NCBI GenBank assembly: GCA_963800745.1
Contig: CAWDCI010000034.1
Location: forward strand, 27,250-91,249
Direction of reading: 5' to 3'
Source of the DNA: an uncultured Acidobacteriaceae bacterium
GTDB lineage: Bacteria > Acidobacteriota > Terriglobia > Terriglobales > Acidobacteriaceae
DNA length: 64,000 bases
In this document: positions 1 through 9,995 of the stretch, one piece after another
Layout of the letters: each line of letters opens with the position of its first letter
Position numbering within the stretch: the first letter of the stretch is position 1
Position numbers and translations under genes: made by a program
Notes under the pieces: generated by a model
The model's database searches: none
What the model saw: the letters and a program-made list of their open reading frames with translations, nothing else
What the model was told of the DNA's origin: nothing

Positions 1-572
1 AGCCAGTGAATACCGTAAGTCCGGCCAATCCGCACCAGAAGCAATCCCAAAACCACCACCCCACTGGACCAGATATCCGTGGAAAAATGCAGGGCATCGG
101 CTTCCAGCGCCTGGCTGTCGTATTTCGCCGCAATCTTGCCCAAAGCGCCGGAGCGCCAGTAATCCACTGCCATGGAGACAAACAGCACCGCAAACGCCGG
201 CAGGCTCGGCGCAATCTCTACGTGGCGGAAGAACAAACGCAGGATGGCCTCGTACACAATCCAAATGCAGGTAAGCAGCAGCAAGCCGGTTTCGATGAAG
301 GCCGAGAAATTCTCCACCTTGCCGTGGCCATATTGATGGGTGGCATCGGCCGGCATATCGGAAACACGAACCGAAAACAGGGTGATGATCGCAGCCACCA
401 GGTCGAGTACGGAGTGGGCCGCTTCCGACAATATGCCCAGGCTTCCGGTGGTGACGCCCACTACGATCTTCAGCGCAGTGACCGCCAGCGCCGCCAGCAC
501 GGAATTTCCCGCCACCCCGCGCTTCTCCACACGCATGGATTCCGGGCTATAGCTGACCGGGACTTCGGGCAT
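1..572 (-). CDS. cation diffusion facilitator (CDF) family transporter, N-terminal part; the 3' end lies beyond the window start
   Basis: Absent from the ORF track because it runs off the edge. Hand translation of the minus strand from ATG 572-570 gives MPEVPVSYSPESMRVEKRGVAGNSVLAALAVTALKIVVGVTTGSLGILSEAAHSVLDLVAAIITLFSVRVSDMPADATHQYGHGKVENFSA. This matches the TM1-TM2 block and HxYGHGKxE motif of CzcD/FieF-type CDF proteins. The + ORF 6..797 is its antisense shadow. Confidence 0.8.
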   Translation of the reverse strand, partial: MPEVPVSYSPESMRVEKRGVAGNSVLAALAVTALKIVVGVTTGSLGILSEAAHSVLDLVAAIITLFSVRVSDMPADATHQYGHGKVENFSAFIETGLLLLTCIWIVYEAILRLFFRHVEIAPSLPAFAVLFVSMAVDYWRSGALGKIAAKYDSQALEADALHFSTDIWSSGVVVLGLLLVRIGRTYGIHW

Positions 573-789
573 GATTGCATTATCGCTGCCTGCCCGCGTC
601 TCGCCAAGCGGCTTTGCATGCATTTACAAATCCGCCCCGATTTGGAGGTTTGGGGATTACGGTTGTCACGAACCATGCTCAAGAACAGGCACGGCCGATT
701 CTCTGTGCTAGGATTCTGCGTGCATCTTTCGAGTCCGTCCGGAGAAGTTCCGCGGGTGCCAGTCTGCGACCTGAGATGGCGGCTGGCGC

Positions 790-1869
790 ATGACTAATTC
801 AAAACCGGCCATCCTGATTACCGGCGTCAGCGGCAATCTGGGGCTGCGGCTCTTGCCCGAAATGACGGATTACAACGTCATTGGAATTGACCTGAACCCG
901 CCTCAGACCGATCTTCCCGTGCGCTTTCTGCGCATGGACCTTGGCGAAGAAGACTCTTGCCGCGAGCTCATGCTTCTGCTCCGTGACGCGCACATCGTTG
1001 CCGTCGTCCATCTGGCGTTCATCCTGGACCCGGTGCGTAGCGGGGTTCTTGACGTGGATCGCATGTGGCGCATTAACGTTGCGGGCACAGCCCGGCTGCT
1101 GGAAGCCATCGGCGAGACCAATCGTCACGAGTCCACTGTTCGAAAGGTGATTGTGCCGAGCAGTGTCACGGTCTATGGCCCCGACCTTCCGGAACCGGTG
1201 ACCGAGGATGCGCCGTTTGGCGCCCACACTCTGCCTTATGCGGTTCACAAAATGGAGGTGGAGAAAGTCCTCCAGCAGCGCTCGCCAGGACTGCGCGGTT
1301 GCAGCGTGTACTCCCTCCGTTCCCATATTTTTGCGGGCAAAACTATGGACAATTACATTCTGGGCGCGTTTCGCGGCACGCCCAACGGCTACGGCAAACG
1401 CGCCGCCGAGATGCGGCGCAAGGGCACACGCCTGCCCTGCATCTTGCCCATGGGAAAACGGTACCTGGAGAACCGCCTGCAGTTCGTCCACGTCGACGAC
1501 GTTGCCCGGTTAAGCGCGTACATCCTTCGCAGAACTGACCCGGAGACGCAGCGGCTGACGGTATTGAACGTCGCGGGCCGCGGTACGCCGCTCCCACTGG
1601 CACGCTGCCTGGAGATTGCCCACGCCCGCGCGCTGCGCCTGCCCGGAACAGCTGCCTTCCGCCTGGCGTTACGAACGGTGTGGAACCTGGGAATTTCCGC
1701 CACCCCGCCCCAAGCCGCTCCCTACATCACCGGGGAGTACTTGATGAATACGCAGCGCCTGAGAGAATTCCTGGGAGCCGACTACGAAAAAGTGATGCGC
1801 TACACCGTCGAAGAAGCCTTCGAGGACTCTTTCTCCGCAGGTGCTGCAGCCGCGTCACCCGAAAACTGA
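790..1869 (+). CDS. NAD-dependent epimerase/dehydratase family protein
   Basis: The 359 aa ORF has an N-terminal Rossmann motif (ILITGVSGNLG) and an SDR-extended-like architecture. Confidence 0.8.
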   Translation: MTNSKPAILITGVSGNLGLRLLPEMTDYNVIGIDLNPPQTDLPVRFLRMDLGEEDSCRELMLLLRDAHIVAVVHLAFILDPVRSGVLDVDRMWRINVAGTARLLEAIGETNRHESTVRKVIVPSSVTVYGPDLPEPVTEDAPFGAHTLPYAVHKMEVEKVLQQRSPGLRGCSVYSLRSHIFAGKTMDNYILGAFRGTPNGYGKRAAEMRRKGTRLPCILPMGKRYLENRLQFVHVDDVARLSAYILRRTDPETQRLTVLNVAGRGTPLPLARCLEIAHARALRLPGTAAFRLALRTVWNLGISATPPQAAPYITGEYLMNTQRLREFLGADYEKVMRYTVEEAFEDSFSAGAAAASPEN

Positions 1870-1894
1870 AGTGAAGCTTGCAGGATGTCCGAGA

Positions 1895-2644
1895 TCACTT
1901 TCTCCCGATGTACAACCCGGCAATCCCAAAGGTGTAAGGAGTCCATGACACTTCGCGGAATCCCGCGTGGCGCATGCGCTCCAGCATTTCCGCGGGCTCT
2001 GGAAAACGTTCCACCGAGGCCGGCAAGTACGCATACGGCCCTTTCACTCCAGAAATCAGGGTTCCCACCGCGGGCAGCACGCGCTTGAAATAAATTCGGT
2101 AGAACTGGCCGATCACTCCGCGTGGTTCGCCGAAATCCAGAATTCCGCATTCTCCCCGTGGACCAAGCACCCGAATAATTTCGCGCAGGCCCGCATCGTA
2201 ATCCGCCAGGTTGCGGAAGCCGAAAGCGCTGGTCACCAGATCGAAATGTCCGCCGGGAAAAGGTAGCTGCAGTGCATCGGCCTCAATCCAGCGCAATGAC
2301 GTTCCACTCGATTTCTTGCTCGCGCGCTGCAGCATGGTATGGGAAAAGTCCGCGCCCGATATCTTCGCTGAATTTCCGGCGCGACGCCGCAAGGCGAAGG
2401 TCATATCGCCGGTGCCACAGCACAAATCGAGCACCCGGGCATCCGGTTGGGCGAGCACATGGGAAAAGCTTCGCGCTGTCTTACGCCACCACAGCCGGTC
2501 AATGTTGAATGACAACAGATGATTGAGCAGGTCATAACGGGGCGCAATCGCGGTGAACATCGCGCGCACGGCACGCGCCGCCGACTGCGGGTCGCGAACT
2601 CCTTCTGGAGCCGCTCCCAGGACCGGGGATTTGGAATGATCCAT
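1895..2644 (-). CDS. ubiE: demethylmenaquinone/ubiquinone biosynthesis C-methyltransferase (UbiE/MenG)
   Basis: Motifs VRAMFTAIAPRYDLLNHLLSFNIDRLWWRK and the SAM-binding LDLCCGTGD. I chose the ATG at 2644 (MDHSKSP); the longer ORF to 2719 would overlap aroB. Confidence 0.85.
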   Translation of the reverse strand: MDHSKSPVLGAAPEGVRDPQSAARAVRAMFTAIAPRYDLLNHLLSFNIDRLWWRKTARSFSHVLAQPDARVLDLCCGTGDMTFALRRRAGNSAKISGADFSHTMLQRASKKSSGTSLRWIEADALQLPFPGGHFDLVTSAFGFRNLADYDAGLREIIRVLGPRGECGILDFGEPRGVIGQFYRIYFKRVLPAVGTLISGVKGPYAYLPASVERFPEPAEMLERMRHAGFREVSWTPYTFGIAGLYIGRK

Positions 2645-2657
2645 CAATCTGAGGATT

Positions 2658-3758
2658 TTACTTTGACATGCGGCGCAATTCGTCCACGGCTTCCGTGACC
2701 ACCCGTTCCGGCACATCATTCACGATCTCGACCTGGCCAATCTCCCGTGGCAGCACGAAATGCACCACGCCATTCCTGGTCTTCTTGTCATTCTTCAGAA
2801 GCTGCAGGATGCTTTGGCAACGGACCGTGACGGCGGGCAGTTCCCCGAATCCGCTCACAGCCTCCGCGATTCTTTGCTGGGATTGCGCATCCAGCATGCC
2901 CACCGTGGCCGCAATCCGCGCCGCGGCAACCATGCCCCAGGCCACCGCTTCCCCGTGCAGGAAATGGCGGTAGCCGGTAGCGGTCTCCAGCGCATGGCCA
3001 ACCGTGTGGCCGAAATTCAACACCCGCCGTAACCCGCCTTCGCGCTCGTCGGCGGAAACCACATCCGCCTTCAGCCGCACCGATTCCGCAATCACCCATT
3101 CCAGAGTCTTGGCGTCCCGGCGCAGCTTGGAGATTCGCGCTTTCTCCAGAACGTGAAACAACTCCGGCGCTCCAATCACGCCGCACTTCAGCGACTCATA
3201 CAGTCCCGAGCGAAACTCCCGCTCCGGCAGACTGGCGAGCACCGAGGGATCGATCAGGACGGCCAGCGGCTGATAGAAAGTCCCTACCAGATTCTTCCCG
3301 GTGCGCAGGTTCACTCCGGTTTTGCCGCCGACCGAGGCATCCACTTGCGCCTGAACCGTGGTGGGAATTTGAACCAGATCCACGCCCCGCATGTAGACTG
3401 ACGCGAGCATGCCGGCCACGTCGCCTACTACGCCCCCACCGAAAGCCAACACCACGGCGCGGCGATCCGCTCCCAGCCGGGTCATTTTTTCCGACAATTG
3501 TTCGACGGTAGAAAGCCTCTTGTAGCGCTCCCCGTTGGGCATCTCGATGAACTCTGCGTCAAATCCGGAGGCGGAGAGCGACGCCATCAGCTTTCTTCCC
3601 CATTTGCGGCGCACCGGAGCGACCGTCACCACAAACAGACGCCGCCGCTCCCCTAACAATTGACGCAACTGGTTGCCCGCGCCTGCCAGCAGGCCGTTTT
3701 CGATGAGCACGTCGTAGGAGCGCGCCGGCAGAGTGACTGTCGTCCGGATCATGGTCAC
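2658..3758 (-). CDS. aroB: 3-dehydroquinate synthase
   Basis: The 366 aa ORF carries GGGVVGDVAGMLASVYMRGVDLVQIPTTVQAQVDASVGGKTGVNL and the HGEAVAWGM metal-binding region. Confidence 0.9.
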   Translation of the reverse strand: MTMIRTTVTLPARSYDVLIENGLLAGAGNQLRQLLGERRRLFVVTVAPVRRKWGRKLMASLSASGFDAEFIEMPNGERYKRLSTVEQLSEKMTRLGADRRAVVLAFGGGVVGDVAGMLASVYMRGVDLVQIPTTVQAQVDASVGGKTGVNLRTGKNLVGTFYQPLAVLIDPSVLASLPEREFRSGLYESLKCGVIGAPELFHVLEKARISKLRRDAKTLEWVIAESVRLKADVVSADEREGGLRRVLNFGHTVGHALETATGYRHFLHGEAVAWGMVAAARIAATVGMLDAQSQQRIAEAVSGFGELPAVTVRCQSILQLLKNDKKTRNGVVHFVLPREIGQVEIVNDVPERVVTEAVDELRRMSK

Positions 3759-3799
3759 TCATCATAACGTAAGCGCGGACCCAGCCCGCACGCGATTGC

Positions 3800-5372
3800 G
3801 TGATACCATTTTTTCCGATGGAGCCTGTACCTTCTGAAACCGACTTCCTGATCATCGGCGCTGGCGTCGCCGGCCTGCGTGCCGCCATTGAGTTGGCGCC
3901 CGCGGGACGGGTGACGGTTCTCGCCAAGCGCGAGATTACAGATTCCAATACGCAGTTCGCTCAAGGCGGAATCGCGGCCGCGCTGAGCGATGAAGACGAA
4001 ATCAGCCTGCACTTGCAAGACACGCTTAACGCCGGCGATGGCCTTTGCAACGTCGAGGCGGCCAAGGCGCTGGTCGAGGATGCCCCGGAGCGCATCGAAG
4101 AACTCATTCGAATGGGGCACGGAGTTTGACCGTCAGGGCACCAGGCTCACCTTTGGCCGCGAGGGAGCGCACAGCCGCAACCGCATTCTGCATGCCCACG
4201 GCGATTCCACCGGCCGCGAGATTCAGCGCGCTCTTTACGCCAAGGCAAAAACCCTCAAGAGTATTTCGGTTTGTGAATTTGAATTTACCGCCAGCTTGCT
4301 GGACCACAATGGCGTCCGCGGAGTAGAACTCGCCGGGGGCACGAGTATCGGCGCATCGGCCGTGCTGCTGGCCACGGGCGGAGCGGGCCAACTCTATCGC
4401 AACACCACCAACCCTGCCGTGGCTACCGCCGATGGCGTTGCCATGGCGTTCCGCGCGGGCGCGGAAATCAGCGACATGGAGTTCATTCAATTCCACCCCA
4501 CCGCCCTGTATTTGAAGGATGCGCCCCGTTTTTTGCTTTCAGAAGCGCTGCGCGGCGAAGGCGCATACCTGCGCAACCATGAGTTGGCCCGCTTCATGCC
4601 CAATTACCACCCCATGGCGGAACTCGCGCCGCGGGATGTGGTGGCCCGCGCCATTACGCACGAGTTGGAACTTTGCCGCTCCAAAGACCCAACCGTCTAT
4701 CTGGACTTGACCCATCTCGATGCCGCGCATGTGAAATCGCGTTTCCCGCGAATCCATGACACCTGCCTGAAGTACAACATCGATATCATTACGGACCTGA
4801 TTCCCATCCGCCCCGCGGCCCATTACGCCATGGGCGGGGTTCGCACCGACCTCCAGGGACGCACCACCTTGCCCGGCCTGTATGCGGCCGGCGAGGCGGC
4901 CTCTACCGGAGTCCATGGCGCAAACCGGCTGGCCAGCAATTCCCTGCTCGAAGGGTTGGTATTCGGAGCGCGGGCGGGAAAGAAGATGCAGGAAGAATTG
5001 CGGGCAGGGCAAGCGAAGAAGGAAGAGCCACGAGCCGTGTACTCCAATGGCCCGGTCGAAACCGGCATCGAAGACGTGATTCGCGAGATTCAGGACTTGA
5101 TGTGGCAGGATGTGGGTATTGTTCGCAGCGCTCCAGGACTGAAGCGGGTAGCGCAACGCCTGGAGGAACTACATCCTCGACTTGCCCGCCCGCGCACCCG
5201 GCGAGGCTGGGAAGCGCTAAATCTGTGCCAGGCAGGCTTGCTGGTGGCCCGCTGCGCGATGGCCCGCGAGGAGAGCCGGGGCGCCCACTACCGCACCGAC
5301 TTCCCGGAGCATGACGACGTGAGATTCCTGAAGCATTCAATCGCACAGAAGGATTCGATCCGCTTCGCATGA
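3800..5372 (+). pseudogene. nadB: L-aspartate oxidase (NadB) interrupted by one +1 frameshift near 4109
   Basis: The N-terminal FAD fold (DFLIIGAGVAGLRAA...FAQGGIAAAL) is in the frame of ORF 3800..4129. The remainder (EWGTEFDRQG...HAHGDSTGREI...RGAHYRTDFP) is in the frame of ORF 3990..5372. The join reads ...EELI / EWGTEFD around 4106-4112. Total length is about 524 aa, normal for NadB. Confidence 0.75.
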
Positions 5373-5435
5373 CGACGCGAATGTTATGCGTCTGCGGTCT
5401 TTACTGGAAGGGTCAGTTTCCGCAACCCCCAAGTC

Positions 5436-5570
5436 TTGAGAGGTTCTCCGCGACCTTCGCCTAACGGCTCCGCGATCTCGGCGGTTTAAGGTTCTTTAGT
5501 TTTGCCGGAAGAGAATTAAACCTTACACCGCAGAGTTCGCTGAAAGCGGCCCCGAGAGCGCTAAGAAGAT
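5436..5570. repeat. degenerate REP/MITE-like hairpin element, same family as 49531 and 51178
   Basis: Contains GCGATCTCGGCGGTTTAAGG and AACCTTACACCGCAGAGTTCGC arms. These match the inverted termini (AGCCTTTAACCGCCGAGATCGC / CTCAGCGGTTAAAAGCT) of the elements flanking lysC. Confidence 0.35.
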
Positions 5571-5616
5571 TCGGCAGAAAGCCAGACTACGGCACGGCAT
5601 ACTGCTCGATGGGTGC

Positions 5617-6513
5617 TTAGGCTTTCCGTTTGGCGAACGACGCCAGCACCGATACCAGAAGAACGCTGGCTACCGCCGTCAAGGCCCATTCCGTTCTGAC
5701 CTGGTAGTAGTGGGAAGCCAACATCATGCTCCCGAAAAGAATCAGGATCAGCGCCAAGCCATAGTGCAAATACTCGAAGGTCTTCATCATGCCGGCCAGG
5801 GCAAAATACATGGAGCGCAATCCCAGGATGGCAAACACGTTCGAGGTGTACACGATGAAGGCGTTGAGCGTGATGGCGAGAATCGCCGGAACCGAATCGA
5901 CTGCGAAAAGCACATCCGTGGTCTCGACCACCAACAGCGCAATCAGCAGGGGCGTGGCATAGATCAGGACGCCGCACAAAAACTTGTCACCTTCGTAGTT
6001 CTCCGTCACCGGAATCCAGCGGCGGAATAAGCGCAGTAAGGGATTTTTTTCGGGATTAATTTTCGGTCCGCGCTGGCGGAACAACTTGAAGCCGCTGTAC
6101 ACCAGGAACGCGCCAAACGCGTAGACGATCCCGTGCAGCTTGTGGATGAGCCCCACTCCGGCCAGGATGAAAACTCCGCGGGTGAGCAGGGCACCCAGAA
6201 TTCCCCAGAAAAGCACCTTGTGTTGGTAGGCCTCGGGCACGCGGAAGTACTGGAAAATCAGCAGAAAGATAAACAGATTGTCCACGCTGAGAGAAAGTTC
6301 GAGAACATATCCGGTGAGAAATTGCAGAGCGGCAGCGCGCCCTTGCCAGAAATGCATCAGGATGGCAAAACCCAGGGCGAGGACGATCCACCCCACGCTC
6401 CACCCCAGCGCCTCGCGAAACTTGACGACATGGGTGCGGCGATGCAGGACGCCGAGGTCCAGCGCCAGCGCCGCCAGCACGAAGACGTTGAAAAGAATCC
6501 AAAAGAGGAGCAA
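5617..6513 (-). CDS. TerC family integral membrane protein
   Basis: The 298 aa polytopic protein has LALDLGVLHRR and LSLSVDNLFIFLLIF, both typical of TerC/Alx. Confidence 0.85.
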   Translation of the reverse strand: MLLFWILFNVFVLAALALDLGVLHRRTHVVKFREALGWSVGWIVLALGFAILMHFWQGRAAALQFLTGYVLELSLSVDNLFIFLLIFQYFRVPEAYQHKVLFWGILGALLTRGVFILAGVGLIHKLHGIVYAFGAFLVYSGFKLFRQRGPKINPEKNPLLRLFRRWIPVTENYEGDKFLCGVLIYATPLLIALLVVETTDVLFAVDSVPAILAITLNAFIVYTSNVFAILGLRSMYFALAGMMKTFEYLHYGLALILILFGSMMLASHYYQVRTEWALTAVASVLLVSVLASFAKRKA

Positions 6514-6562
6514 GGAGCGGTTTCTCTTACCGCGAAGGTTCAGCCTCTGCGGTCCGTCAAAC

Positions 6563-7631
6563 TTATACTAGAGTCAGTCGTGGATAGAGGCGCGCCGCAA
6601 AGCCTGCATTCCATCCACGCCTATTTGGAATCCAGCAGTTTACCGTTTCCAGAATGACGCTGCCCACAATTTGCAGGCTCTTAGGACTCAGCTTGTCCAT
6701 GGTGTCCTGCGGAGTGTGCCAGAAAACGTCGTTATATCCGTAGTCGAAATCAATCAAATCGGCGCAGGGCACGCCGTGCTGCAGGAAGGAGATGTGGTCG
6801 TCTCCCACGTCAGGGATCGTGCATCCGAAGAAATGCGATTGGTAGCCGAGAAGCGTCGCGGCCTGGTACACCAAGTCTTCCAGCCAGGGCGTGGAGCCGC
6901 TGTCTCGATCTATGTTCAAGTCCGCATCGCCGATCATGTCCGCCAGAGGAACGCTTTAATGTTCTTCAACGTTCCATCTTTCTGCCATATTTCGCCAGAT
7001 GCCGCGAACCATAAACGCTGTCCGTGTCGGTCCACTCCGGCCGCACTGCTTCTTCTCCATCGGTCCATAGCAGCCAAACGCTGTAGCCATCCCGTTTTTT
7101 GCCGCGAAGTTGGTCCGCCAGTTCCAGCAGAATCGCGGTGGAAGAGCCGCCGTCATTGGCGCCCACAAATCCCACGTTACGCAGCGAATATTTCGTATCG
7201 TAGTGGCCCGCGATCACGATGATGCCAGCCTTCTTGCCGGGAAACTTGGCGACGATGTTGCGCACCGGAAATTTGCCTTCCGGCGTGTCGGCGGTGAACA
7301 GGTCGTCCTCTACCTGGTCGCCCTTCAGATGCGCGTAGATGTATTGCTCAAGCTTTTTATGATTGGCGCTGCCGATCGGCCGCGGGCCAAAAGCCGTAAC
7401 CTCGCGCGTGTACTGCATGGCTCGGGCCGCATCGATGGAAGGCAGAGTGCCGGAATCGGCCGCCTGGGCGGCATTTGCGGAAGAAGAGTTTTCCACGGCC
7501 GGCAGGGCTGCCGAAACTGCCCCCGGCGAAGCCGGTTCCGCGGACTTTACGCGGGCGCAGGCGGCCAATCCCAAAAACAGGAAAACCCCCATCAGTCCCG
7601 CGCAAGCCAACGCTCTTCCCGCCGCCATCAT
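6563..7631 (-). pseudogene. M28 family metallopeptidase (glutaminyl-cyclase-like lipoprotein) broken by two 1-nt deletions about 45 nt apart
   Basis: N-terminal part: ORF 6966..7823, from MMAAGRALACAGLMGVFLFLGLAAC with ATG at 7631 overlapping the tatC stop, continuing ...HYDTKY...GANDGGSSTAILLELA...GSRHLAK. C-terminal part: ORF 6563..6937 (MIGDADLNIDR...DDHISFLQHGVPCADLIDFDY...WHTPQDT). A third frame between them reads IWQKDGTLKNIKAFL. Confidence 0.7.
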
Positions 7632-8428
7632 GCGTCTTTTCGCGCCTGCCGCGCTTGGCGCTGTTTGGGATGCACCAGCCAGGCGATCCCGATGCTGAGC
7701 ACATAAAGTGCGATCATGGGCGCGGCGAAGATGCACATATTCAAGATGTCGGAGGTTGGGGTCACGATGGCAGCAATGATAAAAATCACCAGAATCGAGT
7801 AACGGAAATTGCGCCACATCCACCCCGCATTTACGATCCCCATCAGCGCCAGGAAAAACACCAGAATCGGCAACTCAAAGATAAGGCCCATGCCGATGAT
7901 GATGGTCAGAAACAAATCCGTATACTCCCCCACCGTAATCATGGGCTGGAATTGCTTGCCGAAATCGATCAGGAAATCCAGCGCCCTGGGATAGGCGAGC
8001 TTGTAGCCGAAAGCGCCCCCAGCCAGAAACAGGAACACCGTGGAGAACATGAACGGCATCACGTAGCGCTTCTCCGTGCGGTAGAGACCCGGAGAGATGA
8101 ACATCCACACCTGGTAGAGAACAAACGGAGAGGCTAAGAACAATCCCGCCAGGAGGGTAATCTTGACGTACAGATTGAAGGGCTCGGTGGGATTGAGATA
8201 AACCAGCTTCTCCACCATGCCGTTTTTGTGCAGCGCTTCCATGATGGGGCGTTGCATAAAACTGTAAATACGCTCGTGGTAAGCCCAGCAAACGAAAAAA
8301 CCCGCAGCCACCGCGAGGATTGAACGGATGAGCCGCCCCCGCAACTCCTCGAGGTGATCGAGAAAGCCCATGGCGGGCATTTCGTCCTTGAGATGGTCCT
8401 CGGTGGGTTCTTCTGGGGTCTCAGGCAT
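7628..8428 (-). CDS. tatC: twin-arginine translocase subunit TatC
   Basis: The 266 aa ORF has MGFLDHLEELRGRLIRS and six predicted TM segments. Confidence 0.9.
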   Translation of the reverse strand: MPETPEEPTEDHLKDEMPAMGFLDHLEELRGRLIRSILAVAAGFFVCWAYHERIYSFMQRPIMEALHKNGMVEKLVYLNPTEPFNLYVKITLLAGLFLASPFVLYQVWMFISPGLYRTEKRYVMPFMFSTVFLFLAGGAFGYKLAYPRALDFLIDFGKQFQPMITVGEYTDLFLTIIIGMGLIFELPILVFFLALMGIVNAGWMWRNFRYSILVIFIIAAIVTPTSDILNMCIFAAPMIALYVLSIGIAWLVHPKQRQARQARKDA

Positions 8429-8768
8429 CGGGAGCCTTGGCTAGAGGAGCTTCGGGCGGAGCTGCAATCTCGGCGACGGCTGTGGTTTCGGGCAGCGCTG
8501 CGACCTCGGGAACGACGACGGCTTCCTGCACCGAATGCGCCGCAATCGAGCCGGCCGGCGGATAAGCCGGGGGCAGGATCTGCGGCTGTGGCTGGGTTTC
8601 CAGATGCGAGATTTCCGCCTCAATCTGCGCCTTGAATTCATTGGAGGCGCGCTTAAACTCATTGAGCGCCTTCCCAATCTGGCGTCCGATCTCTGGCAAC
8701 TTCTTCGGCCCAAAAATGATCAGGGCAATCATGAAGATGAACGCCATTTCCCCAAAACCCAGGTTCAT
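8421..8768 (-). CDS. tatA: twin-arginine translocase TatA/TatB family protein
   Basis: MNLGFGEMAFIFMIALIIFGPKKLPEIGRQIGKALNEFKRA. I chose the ATG at 8768 inside the longer ORF 8421..8843. It overlaps the tatC start by 8 nt. Confidence 0.85.
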   Translation of the reverse strand: MNLGFGEMAFIFMIALIIFGPKKLPEIGRQIGKALNEFKRASNEFKAQIEAEISHLETQPQPQILPPAYPPAGSIAAHSVQEAVVVPEVAALPETTAVAEIAAPPEAPLAKAPDA

Positions 8769-9006
8769 GCCCCCATCATACTGCCCCAATGGGAGTAGCG
8801 GCAATTGGAAGGCGAATCCGCGCGCCAGAAATGCCCGCTTCACTCTGGAACGCCAACGCTCTGTTTTTACGCCCTGGAAAGCAAATACACTTGGTGGTCG
8901 TGGCTGGTTGTGCTAAATTAACCGACGTTTAGCCCCCTGCAAACCCCAACCCATCCGGGACAAAGTTCAAAGTTAAGGAGCAATCTTCAAAGCGTAAGGA
9001 GCAATC

Positions 9007-9906
9007 ATGGACCGCACCAAGCTCAGGCCATCCGTCCACTTTTTCGCGGTAGGGATGGCGGCCGTCGTTCTTGTCTTTGTTTTCACTGCGGCGGCACAGA
9101 ATCCATCCCCGGTTCCGGCGACTCCGCCTTCCACCGCGAGTCAGACCCCAGCCCAAAAAAGGCAAGCCGCCGCGCAAGCCCGGCAGGCCGCAGCGGCGCA
9201 GGCGCGACAGAATGCGGCGCAAGCCAGGCAAACTGCGGTGCAAAATAAGGCGGCGGCCCGCGCGGCGCGGACGCAGCAAAAGCCGCAGGCAGCCAGCAAG
9301 CCGGCAAACCCGCCAGCTTCGCCAGCCGCAGCGGCGCCCCCGGCCACTTCTGGCAAATCGGTTCTCCCCTCGGCCTCCACCGCCCAGCCTGGTGGAACGC
9401 AAACTGGAGGCGGCGGTGCAGTGGGAAACGGCACCCTGGCTTGGGCCACGCGCGTCTATTCCTCCACCGGGTGCGTTCACAATGGCAATAGCGCCATGTG
9501 CACCTTCACCTTTGTGAATCAAGGAAATGAAGCCAACCTGACAGCCGGAGGGGCCGGCGAACTCTCGGGCATTCAATTGGTGGACGACGCGCACGTGCCG
9601 CATCGCTGGAGTTCCGCGTACTTCATGGACAAGTATGGCGCACAACAGCGCAGGCTGATCGTCCAACCAGGGGACACCGGAACCTACGTAGTGGTTTTTC
9701 CCAACGTGGACTCGCGGGTCGCGTCGGCGGAATTCCATTTGCGTACCCAGATCATTGGCGGGATTTCCTTTGGTGAGGCGGGATCGAATGCCGCCGCATC
9801 GAGTCCTGCAAGTTCAACGCCAGTGGAGCCCGCAGCCACGGGTACGAACGGCGCTGTCGCCAAGGCGGGACCAACAGTCAAGAATGGCAACAACACCAAA
9901 AAATAG
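9007..9906 (+). CDS. hypothetical secreted protein with an Ala/Gln/Arg-rich low-complexity region
   Basis: The 299 aa ORF has a signal-like N-terminus (MAAVVLVFVFTAAAQ), then AQARQAAAAQARQNAAQARQTAVQ repeats and a roughly 150 aa C-terminal domain. I recognise no family. Confidence 0.55.
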   Translation: MDRTKLRPSVHFFAVGMAAVVLVFVFTAAAQNPSPVPATPPSTASQTPAQKRQAAAQARQAAAAQARQNAAQARQTAVQNKAAARAARTQQKPQAASKPANPPASPAAAAPPATSGKSVLPSASTAQPGGTQTGGGGAVGNGTLAWATRVYSSTGCVHNGNSAMCTFTFVNQGNEANLTAGGAGELSGIQLVDDAHVPHRWSSAYFMDKYGAQQRRLIVQPGDTGTYVVVFPNVDSRVASAEFHLRTQIIGGISFGEAGSNAAASSPASSTPVEPAATGTNGAVAKAGPTVKNGNNTKK

Positions 9907-9995
9907 GTCCGGAGTCTTTGCCATCCGCTGAAGAGTGTTAAGATTCAGCGAAACTAGAATTCGCGTCTTGCTTGCTATGCGCCAGGAGCTTATTC

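Noticed and set aside
6-797. 263 aa + strand ORF at the window start
   Set aside because: It is antisense to a clearly recognisable CDF transporter on the minus strand. Its composition is Arg/Gly/His/Gln-rich and it has no motifs.
4095-4130. Programmed ribosomal frameshift in nadB
   Set aside because: There is no slippery heptamer or stimulatory structure at the junction (CTCATTCGAATGG), and nadB is not known to use recoding. A mutation or consensus error is more parsimonious.
6514-6562. yybP-ykoY (Mn) riboswitch upstream of the TerC family gene
   Set aside because: Only about 49 nt separate the TerC start from the preceding stop, which is too short for that motif, and none of its conserved helices is visible.
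8929-9738. 269 aa minus-strand ORF overlapping 9007..9906
   Set aside because: It is an extremely Arg/Gly-rich mirror of the A/Q-repeat region. The + strand ORF has a signal peptide and sensible domain organisation.
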